Assembly (NCBI GenBank): GCA_013265495.1
Contig: MU058337.1
Span: 1,356,777 to 1,420,776, forward strand
Length of the DNA: 64,000 nt
Reading direction: 5' to 3'
DNA from: Vicugna vicugna
Taxonomy: Eukaryota
Translations under genes and position numbers: made by a program
The notes under the pieces: generated by a model
What the model was told of the DNA's origin: nothing
Seen by the model: the letters and a program-made list of their open reading frames with translations, nothing else
Databases searched by the model: none
Shown: positions 62,559 through 64,000 of the stretch, in pieces
Layout of the letters: each line of letters begins with the position of its first letter
Position numbering within the stretch: the stretch's first letter is position 1

Positions 62559-63189
62559 CTGTGCAAAAAGAACAAATGGAGAGTACGCCTGACAGATTAA
62601 GTTCTATTTCAGGGTTCAGTTACAAGTAAAGAAAGGGAGAAGAAGACAAGAGAGGTAAAATTACAGAATGATCATGTGTTCCAAAAGAAATCCATCATCC
62701 AACTTTTTCTGCAGGATATCAGTTGATAGCATCAAAAGATAAAAGTCTCATTTGCCAATCACATCTCCTAAATAGGAAAACATTTTAAGTGCCAGGCAGA
62801 ATCCAGTTTATAAATGTTCAGATGTGCTCCAGATTATGTCCTCAGGAAATCTAAGTTACGTGTTCTTCTAAGGGAAATCTTAAAAGGAGTAATTATTGAA
62901 ATGATATTATGCTGAGTTCTTCCAGACTGTTATTATATTCACAGGATTCTCCTGTGGTTTATGTTCCCGTCCTCAGCTGGCTACTTAAAGCCAGCCCTGC
63001 AGTTTTCTTTCCCTGACATCTAAGTTGCTTTCATTGTACAATGGCTTTCATTTGCTTTTCATGTCAAATTCAAATTTGAATAGTCTTTCAGTGTTTGTCC
63101 ACCTCTAACCAAATAATAGAAACCTGCCTGGTAAAAGGACTATTAATCATATAAAGAATAGCTCAAGAACATGCAAATGAAACAAAAAG

Positions 63190-63492
63190 ACTGAAGGTGA
63201 ACATTACTGTTATCTTTAGATATCTGAAGGGCTGTAGAGTGAAAGAGACATTGTATTTATCTTGTGAACTCCAGACAGCTTAACTAGGATCAAGCGGTGG
63301 GTAATTCAGCCCAGGAGGAAAAAGACTTCAACACTCACATTTGTCCCAAATGAGAATGGGCTGTTTGGTAAAAAATTAAGCTAAGGCTGGTTATTTATCT
63401 GGTAGAAAAACAATGAGGAAATATCTCAATTGGGAAGAAGTTTCTTAACCTGGTTAATTGCTAGGGGATCTTTCAACTCCAGAGTCTCTGAC
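63190..63492 (+). mobile_element. L3/CR1 LINE 3' fragment
   Basis: 'atctgaagggctgt...aactaggatcaagcggtggg...gaatgggctg...tctttcaactccagagtctctga' resembles the L3 3' consensus. Confidence 0.7.
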
Positions 63493-63639
63493 TAGGTAGG
63501 CTTCCATTCCCTCTCCCCGCTAACTGACCACCCAACTCCATCTTCCCATCTACCCCACCTGGTAACTGGCTTATGCGGCAGCACTCTTTGCTTCTGTTTC
63601 TTTACCACCAAATTGTCTCTGTTCCAGACTGCAGTATTC

Positions 63640-63790
63640 TCCAAACTACATGATCAAAAGCAAGTTATTTAACTACTCAGGTCTGTAAATTCCTACCTAC
63701 CTCAAGGGGTGGTTGTGAGAAATAAATAAGATGATTTCTGTAAAGAATTTAGCACAACTCCTGGCACATAGTAATTACTACACAATGTTT
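63640..63790 (+). mobile_element. MIR SINE
   Basis: 'caagttatttaac...acctacctcaaggggtggttgtgagaaataaataagatga...tgtaaagaatttagcacaactcctggcacatagtaa'. Confidence 0.8.
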
Positions 63791-64000
63791 GGTCTTATTA
63801 GCCATTATTATTGCACCCAACTCCCAGATCACTGTCTCCAAGAGGCATGCGTGCACTAATCAGACCCAGGTTTGGTCGACTCACTGAAGCAATTTCTCTC
63901 ACTCTTAGACATGCAGCTATTTCCAGCTGTTTTGAATTTGCTAAGAGACTTTTGGATAGACTGGCAGAATTATAAGGGGTCCTCATATGAGAAACATACC

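Noticed and set aside
1..64000. About 14 AP-1 (TGASTCA) sites counted by eye, as a super-enhancer signature
   Set aside because: Only modestly above the rough random expectation for a 7-mer in 64 kb; needs a proper background test.
1..64000. CRISPR arrays, operons, rRNA, viral or other prokaryote-like systems
   Set aside because: No regularly spaced repeat-spacer array, no long coding-like ORF and no compositional island other than the CpG island and simple repeats.
1..64000. Assigning the gene symbol NEDD9 as a feature
   Set aside because: No known NEDD9 exon (MKYK, MWTR, SH3 exon) is visible in the window; the resemblance is architectural only and is kept as a hypothesis.

Overview
Mammalian, repeat-rich, almost entirely non-coding DNA. 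It is probably camelid: two tRNA-Ala-derived SINEs resemble the camelid Vic-1 family from recall. I recognise no protein-coding exon. The supplied ORFs look like chance ORFs, repeat remnants or simple-repeat translations. Much of the window is interspersed repeat: an old ~5.2 kb L1 with a nested MLT1B LTR, young 5'-truncated L1 tails with TSDs, L2, MIR, L3, MER5/MER20/Charlie DNA transposons and an MLT1A LTR. The rest looks like a large regulatory intron of a minus-strand gene with several candidate alternative promoters or first exons. The main ones are a CpG island at ~43.5-44.7 kb with FOX:ETS and GATA motifs, and a GATA-dense CpG-rich promoter at ~5.2-5.6 kb ending in a 4-codon phase-0 exon (MSDK). 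The 4-codon first-exon architecture resembles the CAS-family genes NEDD9/BCAR1, but this is an unverified inference. Other oddities are a ~314-318 bp tandem duplication across an L1 tail, a 61 bp internal L1 ORF2 fragment next to a GATA palindrome, and a 540 bp GT/G-rich tract abutting the CpG island. I see no CRISPR, operon or otherwise novel system. Repeat family names come from recalled consensus sequences and most boundaries are approximate.
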